From: Octopus sinensis
Lineage: Eukaryota
Direction of reading: 5' to 3'
Length of the DNA stretch: 64,000 nucleotides
NCBI RefSeq assembly: GCF_006345805.1
Contig: NC_042997.1
Coordinates: forward strand, 158,348,001-158,412,000
Numbering within the stretch: the first letter of the stretch is position 1; each line of letters begins with the position of its first letter. Made by a program: the position numbers and the translations under genes. The notes beneath the pieces are model-generated. The model saw only the letters and a program-made list of their open reading frames with translations, ran no database searches and was not told where the DNA came from. Below are positions 50,766-64,000 of the stretch, one piece after another.

Positions 50766-52042
50766 GATGTAATTCGTAAATGAAATCTTTCGTAGTACAG
50801 ATACAACATCGATTTTCTGTAACCTTCGGTTTCAGAGCTTCCCCAGATTTCTATTTCGCCGAATATGGCGCGGTCATTTTGGTTAACACACTCAAGCTAA
50901 ACAAAAATCTCACCAATTTCATCCTCATATTAACTAAATGTCGGCTCTATTTGAAAATCAGAGAATTCTTTTGCCTCTGGTGTTCGTAGAATAGCTAGTA
51001 ACTACAAACAACGAATACACTGTAATCTGAAATGGAAACTAATACATTAACAAGTATGACGAAACAGGCAGTATTTGAAACGGTATAATGAGGGGTGTCA
51101 ATTTGCTTTTGAATTAATTGTCGATAATTGTCGATATTCTTGTTTTTCCGTGATAAACCCCAATTGTGCCGTACTATCACAACATTTTCAGTAGATAAAA
51201 ATCAGGATATGGTTAAACATGTCCGATTTTCTGTGGATTGCAGAATACTTGGCAGCTATTTCTATAGATCAAGTAACTAGTTAGAAGTTGCCTCATTAGC
51301 TTCGATTAGCACGTTGTGAAACTTCAGTTGTAACAACATTCGAAAAAATATTTTATTTAGCTTAACTGAAATTACCCTACATAATGTAGAACGTAAGCTT
51401 AGATGATGATTATGGAAACAGATGGTGATTGTGTTTCAATTCTCTAAGAGTTATATCGCATCATTAGAGTGGCTAGCTTTCTCGAGAAACATTTTAGCAT
51501 CAAATATGCTGCCCACAAACTCTCAGACATTTTGTCTTTGGAACAAATTCTTTCGTCAGTATAATTCTCCTCACTACACGAAAGGCATAAATAACATAAA
51601 TAACAGAACTAAAATTTAAAAAAAAACATACATAAATATCGAAATTGTAGACATGTCTGAAAATATAAATGGATGTGTACGTCGAAGGATAATGAAAACA
51701 AACTCTAAAGAAAAATATACAAGAATAAAGTCGTCTTGTCACAACAAATTATCTTGTTATTACAGAATTGTAATGGGCTTACTGAAGGAATGAAAATATA
51801 TTTAGATTTAGAAAAGTGACAGTGACAGCACAGAAGAGAGAATCAATATGTGACCAGACCTTCAGTGAAGTACTGTCCAGAGAAGCTATATTATGGAATC
51901 GGTTGGACAACAATGTAGAATTAAAGTGTAATTCCTGAGATATCCTATAATAAACAATTAATAGATAACTTAATTTGTCGAAGATATACATTTATGAATA
52001 ATTTCAACAAAACGAGAATGAAGAATATGCAGGAAGAAGCAA

Positions 52043-52046
<4 letters not shown>

Positions 52047-52115
<69 letters not shown>
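52047..52115. repeat. (TAA)n microsatellite
   Basis: Directly visible. Confidence 0.95.
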
Positions 52116-52119
<4 letters not shown>

Positions 52120-52259
52120 AAACCTTTTTTAACTGTGGTTTACAGTTTTTGTACTTGTGTAGTTAGTATATATTGGCATGTGCTTACCTCCTTACTTATA
52201 AAAAATCTCTTCTTGCATTTAACTGCGTTGTTGATATAAAAGGTATGTTTATATACTCG

Positions 52260-52680
52260 AGTAGTCAGGGAGAAAAGAAAGTCGAAACTTTCACACAAAA
52301 TTGTAGATACTAAAGTTTTAAAATTTTCTAGAGATGTTCGTTTGTATGTTCGATCAGAAAAGACTAATGTTTTTGCAATAAAAAGGTTATTTACATTTTA
52401 CAAGAACCACGGAGAAAAGCAGGGTAGAATTTTCCCAGAATCTTGTAGATATTAAGGTTTTAAAATTGACTAAAGTTGATCTTTTGTATGTCTGAACTGT
52501 AGTGTTCTTAGAATAAAAAGGATGTTTATATTTTCGAATCTTCAGGAAGAAAGGAAAGAATAATTATTCACAGAAGTTGTAGATATCAAAGTTTTTAAAG
52601 CTTGCGTTTCTGTGTTCGAAAACTGTAGATATGCAAGTATCTTATCTTATTTTGAGGGAAATTTAATGTATTCACAGGAA
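52260..52680 (+). repeat. Degenerate ~135-142-bp tandem repeat, about 3 copies
   Basis: TTGTAGATA..AA.GTTTT.AAA at 52301, 52443 and 52577. Confidence 0.6.
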
Positions 52681-52708
52681 ATTCAAAAATTCAACGATGT
52701 GAACATCA

Positions 52709-52750
<42 letters not shown>

Positions 52751-52974
52751 TTTCTATCAGTAATTAGAACAAGGGTAATTGTTTCTTTTCAAGACCAAGG
52801 TCAGCGCTCTCATTGATCGCTAGTAGTAGTAAATTTACCTAACCTCTGCTGACCCCAAGGTTGTGAGGCTTCTTTCATCTCCTTATCGCACAGGAATGCC
52901 TGCTACTGATCTCCTTACCATCTTCTGATTGTATTTACAGATGTGTAGAAATTAGTCTATTCACCAAATTACTT

Positions 52975-53700
<726 letters not shown>

Positions 53701-54639
53701 ATGGGATCTCAATAACAACTCTCGTGGGAACCCCACGAACGACTCATGGAATCATGATGCAACTCAACAAGGAAGGAATTAACGGCGAGAATGATGCTAT
53801 GGCCGATCGTGGTGAAGGTTTCCCGCCCGCATCAGGGACAGTGATTTGGCATCGGACGGTCGTTATGTCACAACAGATCACATACCCGTCGTTCACAAAA
53901 GCAGACGTAAGTAGACGAAGGAAGAGTACGATACACTTATCGAATGTCATGAAAGAGCAAAGCTGGAAAGAAGTAGCAAAGTAGGACGCCGTACCTTGAA
54001 ATTTTAGATGGAAAAGAGCATGTGTCCAATGTCAGAAAATAAGCTAATGAACCAAGTGAGAGTGATTAGGAGGGTTACTTAACCCTCACAGGATCTAGAC
54101 CACAGGCAGGTTATGTCCTCAAGTCATAAAAAAGAAAATTAACTTTTCAGTCTCTCTAGTTTTTATGATTGTTTCTAAATGAATAGCCACTTTTTTTCAG
54201 CAGGCTTTCTTTATATGTAAATAATATTCTGTTTAGCATCACTCCTTCACAAATAGTCATCTATTTTCCCATGCAGTTGTCTCGCCATCTATCTCTTTGT
54301 CGGTTTATTCCTCTCATTCTAATTCTTATTGTTTATTTTCTAGTTTCACTTCTGTCTCTCTTCAATAAAGTCTGTCAGTCGCTCACTTTGTCTTGGTAAA
54401 TGGCTCGATCTCACTTCCAATTTTTAACTGAAACTCTCGAATGTTTTATTATTTTCGAACGTTAGTGATGAACGCACACGCACGCGCACACACACATACT
54501 CACTTACGTACACACACACATACAATACTCACTCACACACATGTACACACACATACTCACTCACACATACCCAGCTGCTAAATAAAACACGTAGCTTTGA
54601 GGACTGCATCCGATAATGCGCATGCTTAAAATGTTAAAA

Positions 54640-55420
54640 ATCTACCAAATCTCAAATATGAAAACATTTATGTAAACTATGTTTTCTTGAACAGGAAATG
54701 AAGAGCACCGCTGTGTTTGGTATGCGATTATAAAATGACAAACGAATATACAGCTCCTAGCACTTTGAATAAACATTTCAAAACTAAACACTTCCATCTT
54801 CAAAGAAAAATATCAAATTATTTTAAAAGCTTGTCAGAACGACAAACAAAACAGATAAATATTTTTTAAACATATATTAACTGTCTCCGAAAAGGCTCAA
54901 ATTATTTCTTATGAAATCTCTGAAATAGTTGCGCAATATATGAACTTTCATACAATAGCAGAAGCAATTATTTTGTTTGCATGCAGAAAGCCTATTCAGA
55001 CAAAGCTATAAGATAGAGCAGCAGATGAAATAGGTAAAGCTTCCCTATTGAATAACAGAGCGTAGGCACATTTTGGAATTGCTTGTTGATACCGTGGTAA
55101 ATGATAAGTTTCAACATTAATTTTTACTTTGCAATTTGATGAGTCAATATAGCAGCTATTGGTATTCATTCATTTTATTGATTGAAAACAAATAGTAAAC
55201 TGATTTTTTGTTGTTGTTGTAAAAATGTTAGATTATAGAAAAGGTCAAGACATTTTTCATATTCTAAGCCACTACCAAGGAAAATCGAAATTATCATGGA
55301 AGCTATTCACTGGCTTTTGCATCAATGCATCTCTTTGTATCACCAACTTTATGAAAGGTCTTACTAGATATATAGTAAAGCAAAATTTGTATATTACACT
55401 TCACAGCTTTCTTCATACAT
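54640..55420 (+). mobile_element. Decayed hAT (Charlie/Buster-like) transposase
   Basis: APS.L.KHFKTKH (BED-like), TVSEKAQ, SYEISEIVA, HTIAEAIIL, LQFDES, GQDIF, LSWK, HSFLH in the expected order with frameshifts. Confidence 0.65.
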
Positions 55421-55433
55421 AATCCTTGAATAC

Positions 55434-55548
55434 TTTCACAATTGAATTAAATTAGTTTTAAATCATGTTATCAAGATGTAAATTTTATATGCAAAAAGGA
55501 AAAAAAAATACATAGGCAGGGATTTGAAACAGTCATATTTTTACACAT
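55434..55548 (+). repeat. ~115-bp interspersed repeat, second copy at 58068-58181
   Basis: CAATTGAATTA.ATTAGTTTTA.ATCATGTTATCAAGATGTAAATTTTAT.TGCAAAAAGGAAAAAAAATACATAG present twice. Confidence 0.85.
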
Positions 55549-56005
55549 TAGTGACATCGAAAAGGCGCTTCCCAAAAGTAATTAAAATATTTCATGAATA
55601 ATTAAATCAAAAACACTATTGCGAATATAGTTTATGTCCATTTTGTATTTCTAGCCTGAAGAAGAAAACCCAGGAATTAAGATTTTGAAATGTTTCCTTT
55701 AGTAAGTAAAACTCATATAAATGAAATGGCTCCTATTTGAGAAGAGAGATTCTCTTTTATTACTATAATTACACACAGAAGAATATGAGAATTAAAATTC
55801 TATTTTGGTATGAAATATGAAGAAAAATTGGTTTCTGTTTATGGCGATTGTGGGCATAATTTCGGAAAGTAAAGAACTGTCGGTTGAGCAGATTTTGTTT
55901 TACGTCAATATAGGTCGTTATTCATTAGTTAAAGAAAACTAGTCTATTTTACATTATTTATATTATTTACATTTGACGGATCTGTCCTCATCTTGTTTGT
56001 TGTTA

Positions 56006-56049
56006 ACACAACGTTTCGGCTAATATACTCTCCAGCCTTCACCAGGTGT
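56006..56049 (-). ncRNA. Minimal type I hammerhead with a core mutation (A6G), in a ~155-bp element at 55945-56100
   Basis: ACAC-CTGGTGA-A-GGCT-ggagagtatatt-AGCC-GAAA-CGT-T-GTGT: stems I and II are intact and stem III is the palindrome ACGT. Confidence 0.7.
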
Positions 56050-56183
56050 CTTGGGGAATTTTCGAACCTGGGTTCTCATTCCTACGGCATTTTTTGAAGA
56101 TATTATTATTATTAATATTATTATCATTATTATTATTATTATTTTATTATTATTATTATTATTATTATATTATTATTATTATT

Positions 56184-56368
56184 GAGTAAGAGAGCAGTGC
56201 ATGACATCAAAGTGACACTGGGGTAAAATATACGAAACCCGGTATACCCATCATGGCTACTCGTCTGATAAGGGTACACCAAGCACATGTATAACAACCA
56301 TATGTGTGCGACATGGTGATCTCATATCAAGGTAAATAACACATGAACTTGCAGGTGGGGCCCAGTTA
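56184..56368 (-). mobile_element. Second, truncated copy of the TAA-associated element at 7209-7652
   Basis: GAGAGCAGTGCATG.CATCAAAGTGACACTGGGGTAAAATATACG...GCAGGTGGGGCCCAGTTA; preceded by (TAT)n at 56101-56183. Confidence 0.85.
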
Positions 56369-56680
56369 CGTAAATAATGTACATAATTACTCACTTGAGT
56401 ATAGAACTGCAATCTATTTTAGTTTCAGTTTCATCATTATGTTTTACGAATTCTGACTCTTCTTCACCAAGTGACGCGAAATGAAATTGTAATAAATAGT
56501 TGAATTTGTGAAGGAAGTAATGAGAGAAAATATGTCAACCACGTTCACAACATCGAACAAGATCCCTTAAGAACCAAAAGCTGTTGTTGCACTAGAAGTC
56601 TCTATTTCCTGTCTGCCAAGAAGCCGAAAATTTGGAGAAAAACTAGCTTCCAGACATTTATTCTGCACTTTACATTAAGT

Positions 56681-57019
56681 GAAGGCGCATGGCTCAGTGC
56701 TTAGTGCGTCGAGCTTACAATCGTGAGGTTGTGAGCTCGAATCCGGACCGGGCTGCGTGTTGTGTTCTTGAGCAAGGCACTTTATTTCACGTTGCTCCAG
56801 TTCACTCAGCTGTAGAAATGAGTTGCGACGTCACTGGTGCCAAGCTGTATCGACCTTTGTTTTTCCCTTGGATAACACTGGTGGCATGGAGAGGGGAGGC
56901 TGGTATGCATGGGCGACTGCTGGTCTTCCATAAAACAACCTTGCCCGGACTTGTGTCTAGGAGAGTAACTTTCTAGGTGCAATCCCATGGTCATTCATGA
57001 CCGAAGGGGCTCTTTACTC
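56681..57019 (+). mobile_element. Full-length tRNA-derived SINE (second family) with 11-bp TSD
   Basis: TTACATTAAGT at 56670-56680 and 57020-57030; head GGCGCATGGCTCAGTG.TTAG...GAGCTCGAATCC. Confidence 0.9.
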
Positions 57020-57124
57020 TTACATTAAGTACAACAGTATATTGTTCCTTAACTTTCCTCAAAGTATCTCTATGGTATATGTTACTATAGTAACGACTGT
57101 TAAATAATTAGTATTAGTATTTGA

Positions 57125-57520
57125 GACTATATCTGAAGAATCGGTGTACAACAGGTCGATACCTGCTAATAACTGATGCAACAGATATCGGAGTATGCGC
57201 AAACAAATATGCCGCAAATGTTGTACACGAACATGACGTGAGTTCAATGAGTAAACTTACTATAAAGAAATACAAAAGCCAAAGCTGACTCATACAAAAT
57301 ATATATGTTTGTATAAGGTTTTTCCAGAAACATTAGGATTTTAGTCCCGCATGGCATAGAAACTTTTTATATGTACGAATCTTACTAGCTATATCGACAC
57401 TGATTCTGAATCCTTAAAGAAACGGTGTTTTGATGATATCTGTATATTCACATAATTTTTCTCAGGCAACGAGCTTACATCAGATATAATCACTTGAGAA
57501 AGAAAGCTAAGTTGAACCTT
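57125..57520 (+). mobile_element. Decayed Ty3/Gypsy RNase H remnant
   Basis: RYLLITDATDIGVCA (cf. LVTDASDxGVGA) at 57157 and FFQKH..SPAWHRNFLYVRILLAI (cf. FFSKKLSPAExRYSTFxRELLAI) at about 57319-57393. Confidence 0.5.
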
Positions 57521-58314
57521 TAAACTGCGTAGCGAGATCCCTATACTAGAATACTTTAGTTAAATTATAGGCAAATTTTGGAAGAAATATTAGGATCTGC
57601 GTTCCGAAAGATGTAAGACTGCTTCTAAGATATGGTATTAATTTGCAATTTGATGCTAATATTCAGCAAGATTCTGATGCCGGTTGAAATCATTTGTGAG
57701 ATTAGTCTTTCATAGTTCATCAAGCAATACATTATTCAGAATTTGTTTTTTTCTAAATCCCTGTTATACATTAAATAAATAAGTACCATATGAAGTTTGT
57801 TTGTATATATATGTGTGTGTGTGTGTTTGTACATGTATTTATAGTAGAAACAAAGAGGAATTTTGTTATTAGTTTGTTTCAATATACACTAATATATTTT
57901 ATATAAATATCTATACGTCTTTTCTGTCGATATTAAGAAAATCAAATTATAAATCCTAATATTTCCATTTTGTCTTGGAGTACAGAGTGGTATTTGCGAA
58001 AAAAATTATTTCAGGAATAACGTTCATTTTCAATTTGCTGGATATGAAAAGTATATGAGATGTACTTTGACAATTGAATTATATTAGTTTTACATCATGT
58101 TATCAAGATGTAAATTTTATTTGCAAAAAGGAAAAAAAATACATAGATAAGGATTTGGAACAGTCATATTTTTACACATTAAATACTTAAATGTTCTCTA
58201 GTATATATTCTTGAATCTTTTAAGCAGTTAACTCAGCAAAATTATAAAATGATACACACGTACACACACATATATGTATGAGTGAATGCTTACACACACA
58301 CATACACACACGTA

Positions 58315-58332
58315 TTTATATATATATATATT

Positions 58333-58372
<40 letters not shown>

Positions 58373-58375
58373 TAG

Positions 58376-58455
<80 letters not shown>
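58315..58455. repeat. (TA)n(GA)n(GATA)n microsatellite
   Basis: Directly visible. Confidence 0.95.
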
Positions 58456-59574
58456 TACATGGGGTCATTAACTTCTACAGTTATTCAAATAAATTTCGTA
58501 GCTCTCAATTCAAGACTATTTTTGTCATCATTTATATCACGATTTGTTAGCGAAATTGAAAGCACACATTTACAAGTTCTCTAGTCTCTTTACTGCTGAT
58601 ATTTAATTGATGCTCTTAGTTAATGTTCAAACTTCAGAACACTATAAAGTGTAAGAAGGTGTTAGGCACATAAATTATATTCACCGCTAATGCAAACAAG
58701 AATTGTATTTCATTGTCTTAAAGCCGTTGTATTTGCTTAATAGCTTCTTTTATTTTATATTGTCAAGCTTGATTCGTTGTAGAATTGAGAAAATCCTCAA
58801 TTGCAACGTAATGAAATTAATACGGCTGTCACAGAATAGTTTGTTGGCGCCAATATGATATTTATATAAGCGTGTCCTTCAAGGAATCACTCACTGTATT
58901 CCTGAAAAAGAAACGTGCTTATGATATAAAATATATAGTCGCCATGTAGACTCGGACCGCATTGCTATTTAAGTCTCCCTTTTTCTCTTCGTGTATATGA
59001 TTTGTGATCTATAATTGCATATTCGTTGAGCAAACCAATGTTAAAAGGCGAACCAACAGTATTTCTTATGAAAAGAATTGAACATGTTTTTAGTAGGTTC
59101 ATATAAAGTAGAATATTTGTCGGAAAGCTTTTTTTCTAAATAGAACCATTTTTTTTTCTTATGTGCCACACACGGTGATACGACAAACGTGTAATGAGAC
59201 ATAAACAATCAAATAAGCATTGCTACACATTTTCAAAGAGGCATAATCTCTGAAATTCAGATGGGATATTAGTAATTATTGTAGGCGAAATTATTCTAAT
59301 ATGAAGTAAATTGATTAACAAATTTCCCTAAAGTGTCTACTCATCGAATATTTCAAATTCACATAAATTATCAATTCAGCAGGGGCATATATTTATTAGA
59401 TTACAAGTTAATATTCATCGAACTATCTTGATACATAGAAATATGCAGCTTTTAGTCAAGAATAGTATCTAACAATCTTGTATGTGAATAAGGTCAATTT
59501 TCACTTCAAAATTGAACAATATCTCGTATAATGTACTTGTTGATTTACGGAATAGAAAGGCGAATTATATACAT

Positions 59575-59618
<44 letters not shown>

Positions 59619-59703
59619 TTACGCACACACACATACATGTACACACACGTGTACGCACACACACAGATTATGTATTTATGTAGATATCTCTCTCTCTTTC
59701 CCC

Positions 59704-59744
<41 letters not shown>

Positions 59745-59746
<2 letters not shown>

Positions 59747-59990
59747 CTATATAAAATCCGTTTTGTCTGTGTGTGTGTGTATGTGTCTTTTCGGATATCG
59801 GGCATCCTCCATCCCATTTCGCTCAAATTTGATTTGTAGATATCGACGGTATTAGGGCGAGTATAAGTATTGAAAAAAATTAAAAACATCGATTCCAGGT
59901 GAGAATGCGATCCATAAAGCCGAGGAAACGTGCATTTGTACGCGCAAGTACATCAGCTGTTGCGATGTACTTATTGGTACTTTAAACGCT
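59745..59990 (+). mobile_element. Possible non-autonomous Helitron-like element, 5' part
   Basis: TATACTATATAAAATCCG followed by TGTCTGTGTG microsatellite and ..CTCAAATTTG.., a layout typical of HINE/Lep1-like elements; 3' end not found. Confidence 0.3.
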
Positions 59991-60984
59991 TCGGTTACAT
60001 ATTTGTGTGAATAAAATCATTTTCCTTTTGAATAGAAAAAAATCTATTTTTATTTCTTCTTTTGCTGGTGTCCCAAATTTAGGTTTAATCAGTGTTTCTC
60101 AAAGGGGAGACCTATGGGACGGCCGGACAAGTTGTTTTGAGAAAATTTGGCTTAAATGTTTGACATCTCAACACCGTCCATTGGACGAGGGGCGTTTTAC
60201 TCGTATATATATATTCACGCTACCCATTCTACACTCTACTTTTCTCGTATAAAGGAACTGCAAATGTAACATCCATCATACGTTTTTATTTTTGTTCTCT
60301 TATTTCCATTTATATTTCCTATATCTTTCCTTTTCCAGAATAACTTCTTATACTGAGCTCTACTATTTCCCTCTATTTAACTCTCTCATATCGTCTCTGG
60401 AGAAGAGATATCTCTCAAATTCTTGAAACAGCTGTAAGACTACTTTTCTCTTTATAAATGTCCTAGAAATTTTACACTGACATGGCTTTGTCGTTTCATT
60501 TTATTTAACACATTCACACAGAATCGCATCTCTACTTGAAAAAGCATTTTTAAAAAAAATGTTTTTTGGATTCCTACGTTTTAGATGTAGCAGATTACGA
60601 ATAGGCAAAAATAAAGAAATTCCCCCTCCCCCTCCACAATTTAAAATTTTGATTTTGTTTACTTTAAACAGATTATAGCAAATTGACGAACATATGCAAA
60701 TCGAAATTAAATACAGACGAAAACATTAAAGTGAAAAGAATTTAAGTTTTACTTGTGTTTGCCTTAAATAATCGTAAATAATAATTTAATGTAAATTAAA
60801 TATACACTATTTTAATAATTAATGTTATAAAATTTAATAGGGGGCTCAAATTTTATCTCCTCCCCCAATTTAAAATTATGAACTTTTATTTGTCTGTCTA
60901 TTTATCCCTATCCGTTTATTCATAAAATATATTTGTCAACTAAATGTAGCGCTCCTATAGAAGACGGTATTTTTAGCCCCAGGA

Positions 60985-61012
60985 TGACATTCTTATCTAT
61001 CTATCTATCTAC

Positions 61013-61089
<77 letters not shown>

Positions 61090-61105
61090 ATCTTTCTATC
61101 TATCT
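60985..61105. repeat. (CTAT)n microsatellite
   Basis: Directly visible. Confidence 0.95.
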
Positions 61106-61214
61106 TCACTACAAAACCGGATGTTTACATTGAATTTCGCGCTTGTGTGGGCGAAATTTCCCAAATTTTGAAGGCTTTCGTGGTTTCATTTTAGCCATTT
61201 TTCATTTCAAAACT

Positions 61215-61600
61215 GGCGACTGAAAACCACGTGGCCAGCGCGCAAGTCATGCGGCACGCTAGCGAGGTGCTACCACTACCACTAACTGCTGAACCTAACA
61301 GCTTGAACACCGCTGTCACCACCACCACTACCAACAACAACAACAAAACTAATGCCGCAAGGCCCTCCACCATCACCGCCACCAAAGACATCAACTTAGA
61401 TTTTCCTCCACTCCCCACTACACACGTTGATGAAAGTAGGACGGAGGAGAGGAATTAAAAAAGAACGAATACAGACGCAAACATGAATGCCAGTACCACC
61501 ACCACCAACAACAAAATCAGCACAAGGCCGCCCACCAAAGACAGCACCGCCAACACTACTACTTCGACTTCAACTTCAATTGCTACATCTGACACCTCGG
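61215..61600 (+). mobile_element. Probable LINE ORF1 low-complexity (Thr/Asn-rich) fragment
   Basis: C/A-rich coding-like strand with internal repeat CAACAACAAAA...CAAGGCC...CACCAAAGACA; composition like the L1/Tx1 element downstream. Confidence 0.35.
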
Positions 61601-62392
61601 ATCTTTTCTATTCTGAAGCCAGTTTTTTCAAATTTTTCCTACTGAACCAAACAATTTGAAACTTCGTATACTGGTAGAATGTGTCAAAAGTAAACTTAAT
61701 TGTAAACCAGAATGAAAACGGAATTGTAACTTCTAAGTTTAACGTTGTTTAATAATTAGAATTTTAACCAATGATATTCCGTCATTCGGCTTTATTTTAT
61801 TTACTCCGTCTCGACCACCAATTTCGTGACGTATTAAACATCTTAAATGTAAACAAGCGCATCCTTCTAATTATTTAACGTACTCATGTTTCCAGGATCC
61901 TATAGTCAGCCACCTTCTAATAACAATATTTAAAACTAGTTAATAAGCCACATGTATTAAATTGAAAATGTTTCCATTCTGTTAGTACTTGCTTTCGTTT
62001 GCTATTAAGAAGTGGCATCTCAGTGACGAGGCTTCTAACAAGATTTCGTTTCTAAGCTAATGCGTTTCATTTCACTTATTGTATTTATTTGTGCAAAAGG
62101 CAAGAAATTTAGGCGAAGTTTCGCTTGTCGTAGCACAAGTTTTCCGTCGATTTCCGTAAAAAACTTTTATTTTTTTACATAAGTAATGAGAGCGAAAGAG
62201 ACTAAGAGGAAGCGATTTTATGACGAGGGAAGTTTGTCTTTGAAGTTACCGTCTAGGGGAAGCATTGATGTACATGTGTGTGTGTGTGTGTTTGATGGGG
62301 TGTGGGAGACAGTATGTTGTGTAAGTGAAGTGCTTCTGTTAGTGTGTGTGAAGAGACAGAGAGAGTAATGTGTGAAAGAGAGAGATAACTGA

Positions 62393-62566
62393 AATTTTTT
62401 ACTCGGTGTATGTGTATATGCCTGAATGTATGTGTGTATGTATCTGTGTATGTGTATGTATGTATGTATGGCCGATTCAATGTAATTTTTTACACATACT
62501 TACACACACACACACACATACATACACACACACATGCAGACATACATATACACATACACCGAGTAA

Positions 62567-62572
<6 letters not shown>
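62393..62572. repeat. 28-bp perfect inverted repeat bracketing a TG/CA microsatellite
   Basis: AATTTTTTACTCGGTGTATGTGTATATG (62393-62420) and CATATACACATACACCGAGTAAAAAATT (62545-62572). Confidence 0.85.
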
Positions 62573-62617
<45 letters not shown>

Positions 62618-63144
62618 TTTATAAAAATATGGTAAAGTAAAAAAATTACTTAACCACACACCGAGCTTTTTAGAAATAGCAGCCAAAAATTTGGCTGTTT
62701 TCTCAACTGCAAGAAAAAGTCTCCCAGACAATGCATACTCAGAAATAATTCACATACGTATAAGAGAAAAACAACGAAAAATCACATGGATTCTCCGATA
62801 TATGTTATAAAATATGGATTCTCCGATATAATTTATAAAAATATGGTAAAGTAAAAAAATTACTTTACCACACACAAAGCTTTTTAGAAATAGCAGCCAG
62901 GTATTTATAGGTATATATGTATATACGTGTGTGTGTCTATATAGGAAACAAAAAATCACTGCTTTCAACGTCACACTAACAGATCGCAGTAACGTTTTAG
63001 ATATGAAAACAAGCAATCTCATTGGTTAAAATTCGCAGTTTTAATCTACGATTAAAGTCATAAAATAGATTTTTCTCAAATAAACTAGTTCCAACTGGCG
63101 AATAAACTAGTTCCACTCTATGAGTACACAAAGTTTCAAATTAT

Positions 63145-64000
63145 TTAGTTAACTAGAAAGATCTGGGGTCCTGGCCACAAATTTGAAAAGATCCGACACC
63201 TATGCTACCAGCACCATAACCACTACCATCACCACCAAAAGCCAACACAAACTTCGCGAAAGTGATAAAACAAAAGACAACCATCATAAAATTCACTGAA
63301 CAAGAAATAAACAACACAAAGGCGCTTCTCACCAAGGAAGGAGACATTACATCTCTACATTCCACAACACATTTTGGAAAACACACACAAAAAACCCAAT
63401 CGTATACAAAGTTATCAACACGAAGACAAGACGACCGGAAAGTGCACCGCAGCAAAAAGTAGAAAAATGGCCTTGCGGCTCGGCACCTGGAGAAGCAAGC
63501 CCATTCCGTCCACCAGCGCCTCCGTCGTTGGACGCTAGACCGACGGTCCGGTCGATTTGCTTGGGGTCTGGTTTGGTCCGGACCTCCAAACGGAGAAGAA
63601 CTGGAACGATATAACGTGTAGGGTGGTCACTCTCGCCCGGCAATGGGCCGAGAGGAAGCCGTCCCCAAAAGGTCGGGTAGAGGTGCGAACACGTACATCG
63701 CTTCCGTCATCTACTACCACCTGACCGTCGTGTCTTGTCCAGACTCTACCATCACCAAACTAGATCGCATTCTCTTCCGCTTCTTATGGAAAGGAGACTT
63801 TCCGATGGTCAGGCGATCCGTTTCCCGCCAACACCCGTTAAAAGGAGGGCTGGACATCCCGTGGTTGATGCTGCGCAGACATGCACTGAGACTGCATCAT
63901 CTCCGGCTCTACATAGATGACGGTGAACAGGTGTTGTCGCCGTTTGTGGGGCGCGCTTTCCCGCAGCTCGTCTCGATGATCGAATTGCAGTCGTGAATCA
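63145..64000 (+). mobile_element. L1/Tx1-clade LINE; ORF2 RT C-terminus preceded by a probable ORF1 N-terminus; runs off window end
   Basis: ALRLGTWRSK, TDGPVDLLGVWFGPDLQ.EKNW, KGRVEV, YIASVIYY, LFRFLWKG, HPLKGGLDIP. Upstream NFAKVIKQKTTIIKFTEQEI is ORF1-like. Confidence 0.8.

Noticed and set aside
55650-55710. CTGAAGAAGAAAA...ATTTTGAAATGTT hammerhead-like string
   Set aside because: Stem I does not pair and stem II is only A/T; likely chance or too decayed.
60089-60150. CAGTGTTTCTCAAAG, a hAT-MITE-like TIR
   Set aside because: Only a partial matching end and no 8-bp TSD.

Overview
Eukaryotic, AT-rich, microsatellite-dense DNA, most likely intergenic or intronic. The SINE families and (TA)n/(GATA)n/(TAA)n load suggest an octopus genome (inference). 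I found no convincing host gene; most ORFs in the track are translated microsatellites. The window is mostly stacked transposon debris: R4/Dong-like RLE LINEs (including three co-oriented copies joined by TAA tracts at 46.6-50.8 kb), RTE and L1/Tx1 fragments, three Penelope-like elements (PLEs), mariner, Chapaev3, hAT, probable Gypsy and possible Sola remnants, and several tRNA-derived SINE families. The most notable signal is a set of minimal type I hammerhead ribozyme motifs with palindromic stem III. One has a variant U3-A8 core and occurs twice, in the 184-bp inverted repeats of a young Penelope element. One has a canonical core and sits in a ~270-bp (TA)n-flanked mini-element. Three more are decayed. 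Other oddities are a non-autonomous element that appears to target TAA tracts, a head-to-tail SINE concatemer and several fold-back rearrangements. All family assignments come from motif recognition by eye; no database search was run.
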